Below the pieces are notes generated by a model. That model ran no database searches and was not told the DNA's origin. It saw only the letters and a list, made by a program, of their open reading frames with translations. From Promethearchaeota archaeon (GTDB lineage: Archaea > Asgardarchaeota > Lokiarchaeia > Sigyniarchaeales > SOKP01): a DNA stretch of 33,247 nt. Shown piece by piece: positions 1-8,947 of this stretch. The position numbers and the translations under genes were made by a program. How positions within the stretch are numbered: the stretch's first letter is position 1; each line of letters begins with the position of its first letter. The stretch spans positions 1 through 33,247 of the forward strand of contig RDOE01000037.1 in assembly GCA_011364975.1 (NCBI GenBank). The letters are read 5' to 3'.

Positions 1-1653
1 GAAAATGGGATACTATTAAAAGGTGGAGACTCATTAGAGGCAATAAACAATATTAATACAATCGTTTTTGATAAAACCGGAACATTAACAGTCGGTAAAC
101 CAAAAGTATCAGTGATATATTCTGAGAAGCAGCTAAAAAGAAACGGTTTATCTGAAGAAGAATTATTATATTATGCTGGAAGTGCTGAAATGGGCTCAGA
201 ACATTCCTTAGGACAAGCAATCATTGAAGAAGCTAATCAAAGAGGATTAAAACTAACTACTCCCACAGATTTTGATGCTATTCCTGGAAAAGGGCTTGTG
301 ACTAAAATCAATACAAATAATGTTATTATTGGTAATGAAAAATTAATGGAAGAAAATAATATCAGTATCGATTTGTATAGAAGTAAATTTGAAGAATTCC
401 AATCTAAAGGGATTACTACGATTTTAATTAGTTTAAACAATGAAATTAAAGGGATAATAGGCATCTCAGATAAATTGAAAGATCAAGCTCCATATGCCCT
501 AGAAAAATTGAAAGAAAAAGGTTTAGAAATATACATGATTACGGGTGATAATAAGCAAACCGCCTACAGTATAGGAAAACAACTTAATATTAATGAAGAT
601 TATATTCTTGCTGAAGTTTTACCAAATGATAAAGCAAATAAAATTAAGGAATTGCAAACTGGAAATCATAAAGTAGTGGGGATGGTAGGAGATGGAATAA
701 ATGATGCACCTGCATTAGCTCAAGCAGATGTAGGAATTGCAATTGGATCAGGAACCGATATTGCGATTGAAACGGCAGATATTGTTTTGGTGAGAGGCGA
801 TCTTAGAAATGTTGTTGCTGCTATTAATTTATCAAAAAAGACTTATAAAAAAATGATAACTAATCTATTCTGGGCTTTTATTTATAACCTAATTGGAATT
901 CCGATAGCTGCAGGTATACTATATTATGCAACTGGATTCTTTTTACCACCTTACTTAGCAGCGGTATTTATGGCAACAAGCTCCGTTTCTGTTGTTACAA
1001 ATGCTCTATTTTTAAAACGATATGAACCAAAAACTCCTCAACAACTTGAAGAAGAACGTTTACTACTTACTCAAGAGAAAGTAGTCGATCCAGTATGTGG
1101 AATGGAGATTAGTCCTCAACGTGCAATTGAATATGAGTATAAAGGTAAGATTTATCATTTCTGTAGTTCAAATTGCGAAGCACACTTCAAACAAGATCCT
1201 GAAAAATTTAAAAATTATGATAGTATGGATCCAAAATTGATGCAAACAAAATTAGATGACAATACAGAAGATAATGTGATTGATCCGGTTTGTGGAATGA
1301 AGGGAAAACCAGAAAATTGGGCTGAATACGAACATGAGGGAAATAAATATTATTTCTGCAGTGATTATTGTTTAACTGAATTTAAAAGTAATCCCTCTAA
1401 ATATGTTAAAGCTGAAATTGAAGAAAAAAATCACCAAGGTATTATAAAATCTAATTTAGAAAATATAGAAGGTGAAATAAAAATGGCAAAATTAAAATGT
1501 GTAGAATGTGGTATGGAACAAGACTTGCCTAAACATTGCGGCAAGCCGATGCATGAAGAAGGAGATCAATTAGTTTGCTGGATGGGGTCCTCATGTGGAA
1601 CTCAACCAATCCCAAAACACCATGGTAAACCTATGAAAATCATTGGAAATTAA
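1..1653 (+). CDS. copA: Cu(+)-translocating P1B-type ATPase, 5'-truncated by the window, with two C-terminal YHS/TRASH domains and a Cys/His-rich tail
   Basis: Frame 1 is open from base 1 (ENGILLKGGDSLE...). It carries the phosphorylation motif DKTGTLT at 70-90, SEHSL, TGDN and GDGINDAP. TM motifs AFIYN and MATSS are typical of P1B-1 Cu+ pumps. Two DPVCGM...Y(H/Y)FCSxxCxxxF repeats follow. The ORF-track start at 112 is an internal codon. Confidence 0.93.
   Translation, partial: ENGILLKGGDSLEAINNINTIVFDKTGTLTVGKPKVSVIYSEKQLKRNGLSEEELLYYAGSAEMGSEHSLGQAIIEEANQRGLKLTTPTDFDAIPGKGLVTKINTNNVIIGNEKLMEENNISIDLYRSKFEEFQSKGITTILISLNNEIKGIIGISDKLKDQAPYALEKLKEKGLEIYMITGDNKQTAYSIGKQLNINEDYILAEVLPNDKANKIKELQTGNHKVVGMVGDGINDAPALAQADVGIAIGSGTDIAIETADIVLVRGDLRNVVAAINLSKKTYKKMITNLFWAFIYNLIGIPIAAGILYYATGFFLPPYLAAVFMATSSVSVVTNALFLKRYEPKTPQQLEEERLLLTQEKVVDPVCGMEISPQRAIEYEYKGKIYHFCSSNCEAHFKQDPEKFKNYDSMDPKLMQTKLDDNTEDNVIDPVCGMKGKPENWAEYEHEGNKYYFCSDYCLTEFKSNPSKYVKAEIEEKNHQGIIKSNLENIEGEIKMAKLKCVECGMEQDLPKHCGKPMHEEGDQLVCWMGSSCGTQPIPKHHGKPMKIIGN
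1471..1485 (+). promoter_or_regulatory. Internal Shine-Dalgarno (GGTGA) with in-frame ATG at 1483 inside copA, a possible separate start for a 56-aa Cys/His protein
   Basis: GAAGGTGAAATAAAAATG closely mirrors TAAGGTGAAGTAAAAAATG in front of the next ORF (1675). The ATG falls exactly where the metal-binding tail begins (MAKLKCVECG). Confidence 0.5.
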
Positions 1654-1674
1654 ATAATTAAGGTGAAGTAAAAA

Positions 1675-1809
1675 ATGGAATTAAGATGTATTCATTGCGG
1701 AGAAAGTATGACTTATAATGAAGAAAAGCATACATATGAATGTTATATGGGGCCATCTTGTGGATATATCAGTCTGGATGAATATGTATGCGAAAATTGT
1801 TGTAAATAA
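1675..1809 (+). CDS. 44-aa Cys-rich putative metal-binding protein (not in the ORF track)
   Basis: Translated by hand: MELRCIHCGESMTYNEEKHTYECYMGPSCGYISLDEYVCENCCK*. GGTGA RBS at 1662-1666, 7 Cys, similarity to the CopA C-terminal tail, and oligo-T tracts immediately downstream. Confidence 0.8.
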   Translation: MELRCIHCGESMTYNEEKHTYECYMGPSCGYISLDEYVCENCCK

Positions 1810-1812
1810 ATA

Positions 1813-1829
1813 TTTTTTTTTAATTTTTT
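1813..1829 (+). terminator. Oligo-T archaeal-type terminator after the copA unit
   Basis: T9 (1813-1821) and T6 (1824-1829) directly follow the stop at 1809, between convergent genes. Confidence 0.45.
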
Positions 1830-1850
1830 CTATTAAGGTTAATCAATATA

Positions 1851-3092
1851 TTAAACACTTACTCTTTTTGAATGGAGTGCTATTTCAAGAACAACAATAA
1901 TAATTAACCCTATTGAAGTAATTATCGCAGCAACTATAAAAGAAACCTGATATGAAACAATATCGCTAAATCCATTATAGATTAGTATATCTATTATTGG
2001 ACCTGATATAACGGTGCAAGCAAGACCCCATGAAAGGAAGAATGTTGTATTGTAAAGTCCAAACAATTTTCCACGAGTTGTTGCTGGTATTAACATAGAT
2101 GCAATAGAATAAGCTGCTGCAATAATGATGACTTCGGAAGTTCCCAATAAAAAACTCCCAACAAAAATTAAAATCAAGTTATCTGACATTGCTGTTACTA
2201 ATAAAGCAAGAACCGCTAAAGAGATACCCATTATCAAAGTTCGAGAATCCCCAAATTTTTTACTGAAATTACCTGCAAGGAAACCGAATAATAACGTGGC
2301 AATTGATCTCATATTCGCAATATAACTTAATAACACACTATCTACATTAAACCCATCCTCCAGAACTAAGTATTGAGAATAAGTTACTGAAATTGAATTT
2401 CTTCCAAAATTTATAAATAGGAGCGCTATTATGAAAATAATAAAAATCTTCTTATTGTAATCATTTTGCTGGTCATTATTAACCAACTTATTATTGAATT
2501 CAAGATCTAATTTGATTCCTCCTTCAGGAGTAAACAGCATTGGAAGTGTTGATATAAACATCACAGCAGAAGCAACAATAAATAATGGACCATTGCGAAA
2601 TCCAAAACCATTATTATATAAAAGACCGCCAATGCTTATACCAATCAATCTCCCCAAGCCTCCTATACTTGATAACTGTCCCATCATTTTACTTCTCTCT
2701 TGTGATGGGTATATATCACTAATAAGTGCGCTCCACCCTATATTAGACATTGACCAAAAAGCTTCAATAATAGTTAATCCAATAATTACGATATATCCTG
2801 CTATAAAAAAATCCGTTGCTAAAAGATGGATAAACCATACGAGTGAAGTTCCAATCCCTGCCAGGATTTCTCCAAGAATAATAAATGTTTTTCTTTTTTG
2901 GATTCTATCGCTAATTGGACCCCACACAAAATTTTGAAAAATAACACTCATAATCATGGGAAGCGTAGCGTATAATGTTGTTTCAGTCACAGATAAATTT
3001 AGAAATTCACGTAAATATATTGATAAATAGGTATAAAACATCCCCCTCCTAAACATCGCAAGCATTTGAAAGGATGAAAGTCCAAAAAACAC
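1851..3092 (-). CDS. MFS transporter
   Basis: About 12 hydrophobic segments in two halves. Motif A-like WGPISDRIQKRK and AGNFSKKFGDSR; SDIYPSQERSKMMG and IPATTRGKLFG loops. Exact start uncertain. Confidence 0.88.
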   Translation of the reverse strand: MFFGLSSFQMLAMFRRGMFYTYLSIYLREFLNLSVTETTLYATLPMIMSVIFQNFVWGPISDRIQKRKTFIILGEILAGIGTSLVWFIHLLATDFFIAGYIVIIGLTIIEAFWSMSNIGWSALISDIYPSQERSKMMGQLSSIGGLGRLIGISIGGLLYNNGFGFRNGPLFIVASAVMFISTLPMLFTPEGGIKLDLEFNNKLVNNDQQNDYNKKIFIIFIIALLFINFGRNSISVTYSQYLVLEDGFNVDSVLLSYIANMRSIATLLFGFLAGNFSKKFGDSRTLIMGISLAVLALLVTAMSDNLILIFVGSFLLGTSEVIIIAAAYSIASMLIPATTRGKLFGLYNTTFFLSWGLACTVISGPIIDILIYNGFSDIVSYQVSFIVAAIITSIGLIIIVVLEIALHSKRVSV

Positions 3093-3242
3093 CTTTTTTG
3101 AGGATTTTTTTTCTAAGATCTTTATCCCTAGAGAATGATTAATTTGAGTTTTAAGTTATATTATTTTAAAAGTGTCTCACGTTTCTTATAGTTTCTTTAA
3201 TAAAGTTTTTGCTAATTAGAATTAAAAACTCCTAATTAATAC

Positions 3243-5570
3243 TTAAATAAGTATATCTATATTTTTTTTAGGAAAGGAGTTAATAATTTTCTTTAGATCT
3301 TCCGACTTCTCTAACTTTTCTTTTATTTCCTGAAATTTAGGATAATAATCATATAAAATCTTAAGAATTTGAATCCAATTGCGTTCTAAATCATTGCTCC
3401 CTTTAATATCTTTTCTTAATTTATTAATACTTGCTTTACTTCTCTTTTTATTAAGGAATTTAATAAAACTTTTAGTAATTTCGGTCTTGATTCTTTTAAA
3501 TTCCTCTGGTCTAAAACTTTGAATTGTGTAATTGAGGCTATCATCTGCGATAGGAAAAAACGCGATTATTTTATCTTCAGGCTCATCGGGATTATCAATT
3601 AAGGTGAATTCGATATCCGTTTGATTAATTGATTCTAAGATAGGATATAGTTCCCCTGGTGTAACTCTTGTTTGAAGTTGTATTTCAGCAGCCATTTCTG
3701 AAATAGTAAAGAAGAAATTTGGGTATTTATCCTCGTTTTCAATTCGATAAATATATTCCTTCTTCAATATATCAATAATTTGTTCTTTTAGTGAACTAGC
3801 TAATTCTTTTTGTGTAAATGAAATGGCACTAGACTTTTGTTTCTGGCCAATAACTTTTTGATCTCTTTGTTTCTTTGTATAGTCTGCAGATAATGAAGAT
3901 AAAAACATGTCAGTAGCATTATCAGAGGCTGAATCCGATTTAAGGTCAAGATATTTTTCTCTTTTTTCGGAAATTGTGTTATACAATCTTTCAGATAAAT
4001 ACTTTTTTGCCTTTTTTAAGGCGACACCTTTTTTATCGAATTTCTCTGTAACCGAGGTAAAGTCAATAATTTTTTGAGCTATACCAAAATCATCAGACTC
4101 TTCAGTAATTATTATATTCATGTTATCTCTATCTAACTTATTAATTAAGGAATAGACTTCATTTTTAGGCAATTGAGTCGCTTTAATTAATTCACGATCT
4201 AAAATCTCTAATGGATAGGCCTCACCACGTCTGATATACTCATTCTTAATCAAATTATAAATGATTTCCATACTTTCTTCTTCTTCACTGACTGTTTCTT
4301 TTTGTAAGCGAATAAACATAGAAGTTTCATGCGGTTTTAAATAATACACTAGTAAGGTTATACCTAGAAAAATAATCATTAGGATAGATACCACATATTT
4401 ATCTGCCATAAAAAATTCCCCAATCTCACTTATTGTTTGAGAAGGTATACCTGTTAAGAATGCAAATCTTGTTAAACTTTGTGATAAAACACATCCTAAT
4501 ATTAATAAAATGAGTCCATCTTCTTTAAAAATGAAAAGACGCCACCCTAATGAGCGTCCTAATTTCTTTATTATTCTATATAAAAAAAACATTGAAAAAG
4601 CGAATTCAACTAATACAATTATCCATGAATATAATGCTCCCGAGCCAGTCGCGCCAAAGCTTGCTTTTAATGCAGTTACAGTTACATTATTTAGCATTAA
4701 AAACATCGTAAGTTGAAATATTTGAAAGAAGAATATAAAAAAAACAATTAACGAAAACGTATAATTATCAAATAATCCGGCTCTTCTAGTTTCTGCTTTT
4801 CTACGAGTAAATACGAACTCGAAAATAATAAATAATAAAGTTAAGATTAAACTAAAATAAATTAGGGGCATTACTAATCTCATTTCAATAATGTAAACAT
4901 CTATAGCCTCAGCTTGAGCAAATTGAGCAAAAAAATCAAGCGAAATAAATACAAGTAATGCGCGATAAACAAGCGCTACTATTATTAAAATTGTTAATAT
5001 AAAATATGGGGTTATAAAGGCACCTACGCGTCTTAAGAATGAATACTTTTTAATTAATCGTGTTTCAATTTTTGTGGCATATTTTCGAGAATACATATAA
5101 AATCTAGTACTTAGAAGAATCAACCAAATCGTTGATAATGCAAGTAAATAACTTGAGAGATTAAATTGGGCAAGGAAAATATACAAAAATAAGATAAAAA
5201 GTACCGAAAAAAGCCCTATATACAAAATTGCTTGTTTAATAATAGATTTTCTCTCAAATATAAATTCTCGAAATTTAGCATTACTATATACTAAAGAGAG
5301 GACTAAAAATAGAGTTACAATGCTATTTCCAATAATAAAGAATAAATTTTTGATTAAATCATTACTAAAATAAATTTGAGGAAAATTTATCGCAAAAATT
5401 AGAATAAAAGAACTTATTAAAAAGATAAAATATATGGCATAAAATTTTTTCTCGTATGCGTATGATTTTGGAGCTTCTTTTCCATTTACCACTAATTCAT
5501 GGATGAAAATTTTTCGAAAAGCTCGTTTTAAGGAGTCTTTAATATTTGCTGTAAGATCTTTAACTGGCAT
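3243..5570 (-). CDS. Polytopic membrane protein (about 10-11 TM) with a large soluble C-terminal region containing a duplicated domain; function unknown
   Basis: 775-aa ORF. Residues ~45-410 alternate hydrophobic segments; the remainder is charged and holds two similar ~75-aa units. Confidence 0.8.
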   Translation of the reverse strand: MPVKDLTANIKDSLKRAFRKIFIHELVVNGKEAPKSYAYEKKFYAIYFIFLISSFILIFAINFPQIYFSNDLIKNLFFIIGNSIVTLFLVLSLVYSNAKFREFIFERKSIIKQAILYIGLFSVLFILFLYIFLAQFNLSSYLLALSTIWLILLSTRFYMYSRKYATKIETRLIKKYSFLRRVGAFITPYFILTILIIVALVYRALLVFISLDFFAQFAQAEAIDVYIIEMRLVMPLIYFSLILTLLFIIFEFVFTRRKAETRRAGLFDNYTFSLIVFFIFFFQIFQLTMFLMLNNVTVTALKASFGATGSGALYSWIIVLVEFAFSMFFLYRIIKKLGRSLGWRLFIFKEDGLILLILGCVLSQSLTRFAFLTGIPSQTISEIGEFFMADKYVVSILMIIFLGITLLVYYLKPHETSMFIRLQKETVSEEEESMEIIYNLIKNEYIRRGEAYPLEILDRELIKATQLPKNEVYSLINKLDRDNMNIIITEESDDFGIAQKIIDFTSVTEKFDKKGVALKKAKKYLSERLYNTISEKREKYLDLKSDSASDNATDMFLSSLSADYTKKQRDQKVIGQKQKSSAISFTQKELASSLKEQIIDILKKEYIYRIENEDKYPNFFFTISEMAAEIQLQTRVTPGELYPILESINQTDIEFTLIDNPDEPEDKIIAFFPIADDSLNYTIQSFRPEEFKRIKTEITKSFIKFLNKKRSKASINKLRKDIKGSNDLERNWIQILKILYDYYPKFQEIKEKLEKSEDLKKIINSFPKKNIDILI

Positions 5571-5758
5571 ATTTCAAGTAAATTTAAAAGTCCTATTAAT
5601 ACCGTAATTTAAATAATTATTATTGATTTTTCTCCCAAATAAATTTATATAATTCCTTATGTCATCCTTAATTTACTAAATATTAAACATTTTTTTCGAG
5701 GTATTTTATAAAATCGATGAAAATTTTAAAAATCTTAATATATAATTATAAGATATAC

Positions 5759-6031
5759 ATGGAAAATCAACCAGACAAAGAAACTTTATTAAAGTTAGTA
5801 AAACAAGCAATCGAAATGCTTTGTGAAAAAAATATTTCCAGTGTAGTCATACTTTCTTCTTATAAAATTAATGCTGTTTTAAAGGAACATTTAGGAGTAG
5901 ATATTAGAGTTGACAGAATTGGGCGTGTTTTAAGTAATGTTGCAGAGAGAAATAAGTTAAATCGCTTAAATACCAATATCCCAAAATATAAATTGAACAT
6001 TTCTAAGTTATCTACGCTTGAATTTTTCTAA
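5759..6031 (+). CDS. Small basic protein, possible winged-helix DNA-binding fold
   Basis: Likely start is the ATG at 5759 (MENQPDKE), rather than 5717. Helix-helix-turn-helix-like pattern SSYKINAVLKEHLGVDIRVDRIGRVLSNV followed by a beta-like KYKL. The fold call is inference. Confidence 0.6.
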   Translation: MENQPDKETLLKLVKQAIEMLCEKNISSVVILSSYKINAVLKEHLGVDIRVDRIGRVLSNVAERNKLNRLNTNIPKYKLNISKLSTLEFF

Positions 6032-6067
6032 ATAGAATTAAAAAAGAATTAAAATCTAATATGATCT

Positions 6068-7462
6068 TTACTTTAATTGTCTAAAATCAGAAATCACTTT
6101 CTGCAATCGTTCTATCAAACTTTGAATTTCTTTGTTCTTTTGGATGATAGAATCTGAATTTACATTAAAACTATCAATTTCTAATTTCAAATTATTTTCA
6201 AAACTACTACACGCTTTATCAATATCTGCTTTTAGAATGTCTGTAAGAGAATCTGTAGCTTTATGTAAACTTGACAAGTGATTTTGCAGTGTAGTTATAT
6301 TTGGTTTTATTTGGTTATTTTCTTGGTTAATATGATGTATCTTGACTTCAGTATGTGAAATTTTCTCATTTAATGCTGTTTTAGCGCCTTCAATATAATT
6401 ATTTATCACTTCTAATGAATCTGAGCTTAAATTTTGTAGAATTTGATTAATTTCCTCTTTGAGCTTTACTTGTTCTTCAATTGTTTTATTTAAATATCCA
6501 GAAACATCTTTAATAAAGATTTCAGATATCTCTTTAAAACTTCGAGTAAAATAATTCTCAACATCTTCAAAACCTTCCAACACAGTCTTGCGCATTTGAC
6601 TTACGGAACTTCTTAGTTGTTCTATCCCTCTTAAGGATCCAGTTGACATCGTATTCATCCAAGTTCCAAATTCATTTTGAATATTTTGGTCTATAGATTC
6701 ATTAAATTTCAACATCCCTTCACGAGCGCCTTCTAAAATATTGTTTATTTTGATATTTACTAAATCTTCCTCCTCTTCAATTATAGAATCTTCCGGTGTG
6801 GGAATTTTTTGAAGGTCTCCTAGGATTGGTTTACTAGTTTCATTGTATTCATTGACAATAACAGGTATTTTTTTTTGAGAATCTTCTACAAGGCTTTTTA
6901 CCCATTTAAAATAATCTAATGTATTCGGTTTTTCAATTTCATGCTTTACTTTACCATATTCACTTTCAGGACCTTTTTGATAATTCTTAAACCGAAAAAT
7001 TTCAAACGCATAATTTTTATTATGTTCCAATAATTTATAGTCAAAAACGATGGCAAAACCATGAGGATTCTCCTCATTTTGAAAAATTAGATGATTAGAT
7101 TTATCTGAATTTGATAAATAAATTCCATATCCTAAATGAGAATGATACCATCCGATAATACTAAGTTCTTTTTCTAAATATTTGCTTTTAATCTCAGTGA
7201 AGATATCATTAAGCTCTTGAGTAAAACCTAATTCTACGTTATCACCATGAGTTATTGGTATAACTTCCATAATTTTTAGTTTGTTTTGTGTAGGATCCTT
7301 TTTACCTAAGCAGATTCCTAATACTTCTTGCTTTTCTTCCAAAGAATCATTACCATATTTAAAAACATGCTGAAGCATCTTTCTAAATGCATTATTTGCT
7401 ATAGTAATTTCTCCTTCCTCTAAATATCTAAGTTCTTTTGTATCAATATTATTTGCTGTCAT
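6068..7462 (-). CDS. JAMM/MPN+ metalloprotease domain with long C-terminal helical/coiled-coil region
   Basis: KQEVLG glutamate; GWYHSHLGYGIYLSNSD fits H-x-H-x7-S-x2-D (HSH at 7136-7144); AIVFD and FEIFRF strands; then ~250 aa of heptad-rich sequence. Confidence 0.88.
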   Translation of the reverse strand: MTANNIDTKELRYLEEGEITIANNAFRKMLQHVFKYGNDSLEEKQEVLGICLGKKDPTQNKLKIMEVIPITHGDNVELGFTQELNDIFTEIKSKYLEKELSIIGWYHSHLGYGIYLSNSDKSNHLIFQNEENPHGFAIVFDYKLLEHNKNYAFEIFRFKNYQKGPESEYGKVKHEIEKPNTLDYFKWVKSLVEDSQKKIPVIVNEYNETSKPILGDLQKIPTPEDSIIEEEEDLVNIKINNILEGAREGMLKFNESIDQNIQNEFGTWMNTMSTGSLRGIEQLRSSVSQMRKTVLEGFEDVENYFTRSFKEISEIFIKDVSGYLNKTIEEQVKLKEEINQILQNLSSDSLEVINNYIEGAKTALNEKISHTEVKIHHINQENNQIKPNITTLQNHLSSLHKATDSLTDILKADIDKACSSFENNLKLEIDSFNVNSDSIIQKNKEIQSLIERLQKVISDFRQLK

Positions 7463-8947
7463 TTAATCCCCCTTATTCAATTCTTTTATTTTTTGTAATA
7501 ATTCTTTATTTTCACTTTTAATTTGTCGAATTGTATTATGAAGCGTTTGTTTTTCATTCTCTAATTTATCAATTTTTGCCAATATTGGATCTTTTGAACC
7601 TTCAAGTATCAGAATTGCAGCTTTTAAATCTGCTAATACATTTTTTGAACCCTTATCTAAATTACTAAAAATTGATTCTATATTTTTCAATTTCTTTTTA
7701 TAATTTTCTAAAATCCTGTTATGCTCTGATTTCAACATAGTAGAGATTCTGGTTGCAGTTGGTTCCAAAATATTTGAGATTTCTTTAACGCTATCATTAC
7801 TTTTCATTAAACTTTGCGTTATGTTTTTATTCTCTTTTTCAATTTCAATTAATTTGGAAATGATTTGTTCTAGATTGGATTTAATTTGATCTACATATTT
7901 TTTAAGAGTTTGATTGAAAATGTCTAATAATTGTTTATTAAATTTTTCTGAAAAATTATTTAATTTAATTTCAATGTTATTATTTTCCTCTTTAATTAAA
8001 TCAAGACGATCATCAATGTACAAATCAAGTTGCTTTAATTTTTCTTGAAGAGAATAATTATAATTCTTTTCTATATTGATAACTGATTGTCTTAAGGAAT
8101 CTCGAAGCTCTAATAAGTCTGTTCTCATCTGTGAGGTATTATAAAATATTTTATTTATTATTTCCTGACTCCATGAATTAATCAAATCAATTAATGGCTG
8201 TAAAGTCATCTCTAAAAGCGAATTCATCCCTTCTTTAAAAGAAACAAGTAACTTTGCATAATCTATTTCTGGTTTTTTGATAGCAAATTCCTTCTCTTCT
8301 GGAATCAATACTTCACTAAAAAGTTGGGTAGTTTCGTTTAATTCTAAAATGGGAGCTTCTTTTTTAAATATTTTATTAATTAATTCAATTAAATTAAAAT
8401 AAAAGACAGGATCTTCAGGAGGCTCAACAATACTCTTAACTTCATGATAATCTGAATTTAAAGATTTCGATGGGTCATCTAATCTATATGCTCTAAATCC
8501 TAAGTCTCCAGGTCTTTCCAAATATGTATGATCAAATACTATGCCTATCCCACTAGGATTTCGATCTTGCCAAAATAATTGATTATATTTGTCAGTACTA
8601 GAAAAAAACGTATTTAACCCAGGATGAGAGTGATACCATCCAACTGTAAACCAATGTTTATCGGAATAATTATCAAATATTTGTTGGTCGATATCTCCAA
8701 AAGCCCCCAGCTGTTCTTCAGAAAATTTAACTTCAATTGATCCACCATGACTTACTGGTACAACATCTTCAACAATTACATTTTTAATGGGACCATCTCC
8801 CTTAAGATGTCCAATTAACATGCCCATCACCTCTTTAAACTGATTAGGATCAAGAAATTTAGACCCAAATCTAAGAACATGGAGCAGCATTTTGTAATAT
8901 GCTGTTGGTTTAATCGTAACTAGACTTTGATCAACAAGTTTTCCCAT
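7463..8947 (-). CDS. Rpn11/CSN5-like JAMM/MPN+ metalloprotease with long C-terminal coiled coil
   Basis: VTIKPTAYYKMLLH...EVMGMLIG...VGWYHSHPGLNTFFSSTD closely follows the Rpn11/CSN5 pattern (HSH at 8624-8632). Its stop abuts the ATG of the paralog with no gap. Confidence 0.9.
   Translation of the reverse strand: MGKLVDQSLVTIKPTAYYKMLLHVLRFGSKFLDPNQFKEVMGMLIGHLKGDGPIKNVIVEDVVPVSHGGSIEVKFSEEQLGAFGDIDQQIFDNYSDKHWFTVGWYHSHPGLNTFFSSTDKYNQLFWQDRNPSGIGIVFDHTYLERPGDLGFRAYRLDDPSKSLNSDYHEVKSIVEPPEDPVFYFNLIELINKIFKKEAPILELNETTQLFSEVLIPEEKEFAIKKPEIDYAKLLVSFKEGMNSLLEMTLQPLIDLINSWSQEIINKIFYNTSQMRTDLLELRDSLRQSVINIEKNYNYSLQEKLKQLDLYIDDRLDLIKEENNNIEIKLNNFSEKFNKQLLDIFNQTLKKYVDQIKSNLEQIISKLIEIEKENKNITQSLMKSNDSVKEISNILEPTATRISTMLKSEHNRILENYKKKLKNIESIFSNLDKGSKNVLADLKAAILILEGSKDPILAKIDKLENEKQTLHNTIRQIKSENKELLQKIKELNKGD

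Noticed and set aside
1718-1900. 60-aa ORF from the track
   Set aside because: It overlaps, out of frame, the RBS-supported Cys-rich ORF at 1675-1809 and the 3' end of the MFS gene, and has no motifs.
2125-2937. Plus-strand ORFs 2125-2325 and 2494-2937, and similar shadow ORFs at 237, 4510, 9771, 14677, 17187, 17658, 18243, 19457, 19715, 21349, 23862, 24663, 26772 and 31431
   Set aside because: They are antisense or alternate-frame shadows of well-supported genes, with no recognisable motifs.
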